A DNA stretch of 64,000 nucleotides, taken from a virus (Duplodnaviria; Caudoviricetes). A model generated the notes under the pieces. That model saw nothing but the letters and a program-made list of their open reading frames with translations. It was not told the DNA's origin and made no database searches. A program made the translations under genes and the position numbers. The stretch spans positions 1-64,000 of IMG/VR virus record IMGVR_UViG_3300033463_000029, one strand, 5' to 3'. This document shows, one piece after another, positions 62,266-64,000 of the stretch. Position 1 is the first letter of the stretch. Every line of letters starts with the position of its first letter.

Positions 62266-64000
62266 TTATTTAGAATTTGGAGAAAATCCGTCGAAGTTGA
62301 ATCCACCTTGTCCAAACGGGTTTGTTGATGAATCCTTTGCGGAATCTTTATAAAGTTCCTCGGCAGCTTTGTACAAAGACTGCTTAAGAGCTTCAGCCGC
62401 CGCAGAAATCGTTTCAACATCCCTATCTTCAGGTTTGACGTTATAAACGCTCTTGAGACTTTCGAGTTTTCCGGATATTTCTGATTTCACACTTTCTGAA
62501 ATCTTGTCTCCGTTCTCCGACAACTGCTTTTCCGCAGTAAAGATTAAATTCTCCGCGTCGTTGAGCTTGTTCTGACGTTCGACTCTGGCTTTATCATCAG
62601 CTTCATGAGCCTCAGCGTCTTTCCTCATCCTTTCGATTTCAGCATCGTCAAGCGAAGACGAGCCTTCGATCTTGATGGACTGTTCCTTGTTTGTTGCCAA
62701 ATCTGTTGCACTGACATTCAATATGCCGTTGGTGTCAATGTCAAATTTAACCTTTATCTTCGGAACACCACGTCTTGCTGGCGCAATACCTTCAAGATTA
62801 AATTCGCCGAGAAGTTTATTCTCGCTCGCAATCTTTCTGTTTCCCTGTGTGATAACAACAGTTATCGCTGGCTGATTGTCTTCTGCTGTCGTGAAAATAT
62901 GCTCTTTCGACACGGGAATTGTAGTGTTCGCTTCAATCATTGTAGTTGCAACATCACCGAGTGTGGTTATGTTAAGATTAAGCGGAGTCACGTCAAGAAG
63001 AACGATGTCGCTTCCCATGTCTCCTGAAAGGACAGCCCCCTGTATAGCCGCGCCTAAAGCAACAGCCTCGTCAGGATTCACGCTCTTGTTTGGCTCTTTC
63101 TTGAAATACTCGCGAACAAATTCCTGAACTTTTGGAACTCTGGTGGTTCCACCAACAAGTAGAATCTCGTCTATATCGTTTATTCCAAGATTGGCAGAAG
63201 AAAGCGCACCTTTGCACAAATCCTCAACCTTTTTGATGAAGCCTTCAGCAAGATTTTCAAATTGAGCTCTTGTAAGAGTTGAGCTAAAGTGTTGTGGAAC
63301 TCCATCGATTGCAGTAAGATAAGGAAGGTTGATGTCTGTTGTCTTTGCATTTGAAAGCTCAATCTTAGCTTTCTCCGCAGCTTCAACGACACGCTGATAT
63401 GCCATGTGGTCTTTCTTTACGTCTGCGCCACACTGTTTCTTAACTTCTCCACAAATCCAATCTGTAATCAATTGATCAAGGTCTCTACCACCTAGAACCA
63501 TATCTCCGTTTGTGCTGACAACCTCAAATACTCCGTTACCAAGATCAAGAATTGACACGTCGGCGGTGCTGCCACCCAAATCAAGAACAAGAATCTTCAT
63601 ATCCTTGTCGAGCTTATCAAGACCGAATGCAAGGGCAGCGGCAGTAGGTTCGTTGATAATTCTCTTACAATCCAATCCGGCTATTTTAGCTGCTTCAACT
63701 GTTGCTGTTCTCTGCTGATCGTCAAAATATGCAGGAACCGTTATAACGGCTTCTTTAACCTCCTGACCAAGATAATCCTCGGCAGACTTCTTAAGTTTTC
63801 TTAAAACTTCTGCGCTGATTTCCTGAGGCGTAAACTCCTTTCCGTCAATCTTTACACGAATCGTGTCGTTTGGTCCCTCAACAATATCATAAGAAAAGTC
63901 TTTTGCGTACTTTGATGCTCGCTTCCAAGAATTTCCTATGAATCGTTTTATAACCTCAACTGTAGTTTTTGGATTAACAACGGCAGATCTCTTTGCTGCG
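62266..64000 (-). CDS. dnaK: Hsp70 chaperone DnaK (5' partial)
   Basis: AVITVPAYF, IINEPTAAALAFG, DLGG, LVGG.TRVP, NPDEAVALGAAIQ; frame stays open to the window end. Confidence 0.97.
   Translation of the reverse strand, partial: AAKRSAVVNPKTTVEVIKRFIGNSWKRASKYAKDFSYDIVEGPNDTIRVKIDGKEFTPQEISAEVLRKLKKSAEDYLGQEVKEAVITVPAYFDDQQRTATVEAAKIAGLDCKRIINEPTAAALAFGLDKLDKDMKILVLDLGGSTADVSILDLGNGVFEVVSTNGDMVLGGRDLDQLITDWICGEVKKQCGADVKKDHMAYQRVVEAAEKAKIELSNAKTTDINLPYLTAIDGVPQHFSSTLTRAQFENLAEGFIKKVEDLCKGALSSANLGINDIDEILLVGGTTRVPKVQEFVREYFKKEPNKSVNPDEAVALGAAIQGAVLSGDMGSDIVLLDVTPLNLNITTLGDVATTMIEANTTIPVSKEHIFTTAEDNQPAITVVITQGNRKIASENKLLGEFNLEGIAPARRGVPKIKVKFDIDTNGILNVSATDLATNKEQSIKIEGSSSLDDAEIERMRKDAEAHEADDKARVERQNKLNDAENLIFTAEKQLSENGDKISESVKSEISGKLESLKSVYNVKPEDRDVETISAAAEALKQSLYKAAEELYKDSAKDSSTNPFGQGGFNFDGFSPNSK

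Noticed and set aside
1-64000. TAG recoding (genetic code 15, as in Lak megaphages)
   Set aside because: Family-A paralogs end in TAG or TAA interchangeably at the same position, followed by the next start, and long genes are intact in the standard code.
1-64000. tRNA/rRNA genes
   Set aside because: No cloverleaf or T-loop signatures seen in the few intergenic gaps; a tRNAscan/Infernal run would be needed to exclude them.

Overview
Gene-dense, AT-rich segment of a very large T4-like (jumbo/mega) phage that probably infects a Bacteroidota host. About 14 Bacteroidota-type TAnnTTTG promoters drive long runs of small accessory genes, mostly on the minus strand. T4-late-like ATAAATA motifs precede a separate set of probable virion genes. 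TAG behaves as a normal stop codon. Recognisable genes: a partial tyrosine recombinase, a tail-fibre-like protein with 16 x 9-aa repeats, a pol-beta nucleotidyltransferase, a degenerate prohead-protease paralog, nucleoside 2-deoxyribosyltransferase, radical SAM enzyme, RNA ligase, a terminase N-terminal mini-gene, HAD hydrolase, CofE-like ligase, a Thg1-Nudix fusion, YqeY, two PD-(D/E)XK proteins, an amidase, a DUF1919-like protein, an HxGH-transferase/ligase-like fusion and partial DnaK. The most striking structure is at ~17-31 kb, a gene-scale repeat/spacer array. Seven copies of one gene family (MITEDYVSFETAKLLKEKGFD...PTLQMAMKWLR...AIKYCLENLI) have constant-variable-constant-variable-constant architecture and alternate with unrelated cargo genes. 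Orphan copies of the conserved gene ends of this and other families sit at cargo-gene junctions, suggesting a cassette capture/shuffling system that uses gene termini as recombination joints. All functional calls come from motif recognition by eye; no database search was run.
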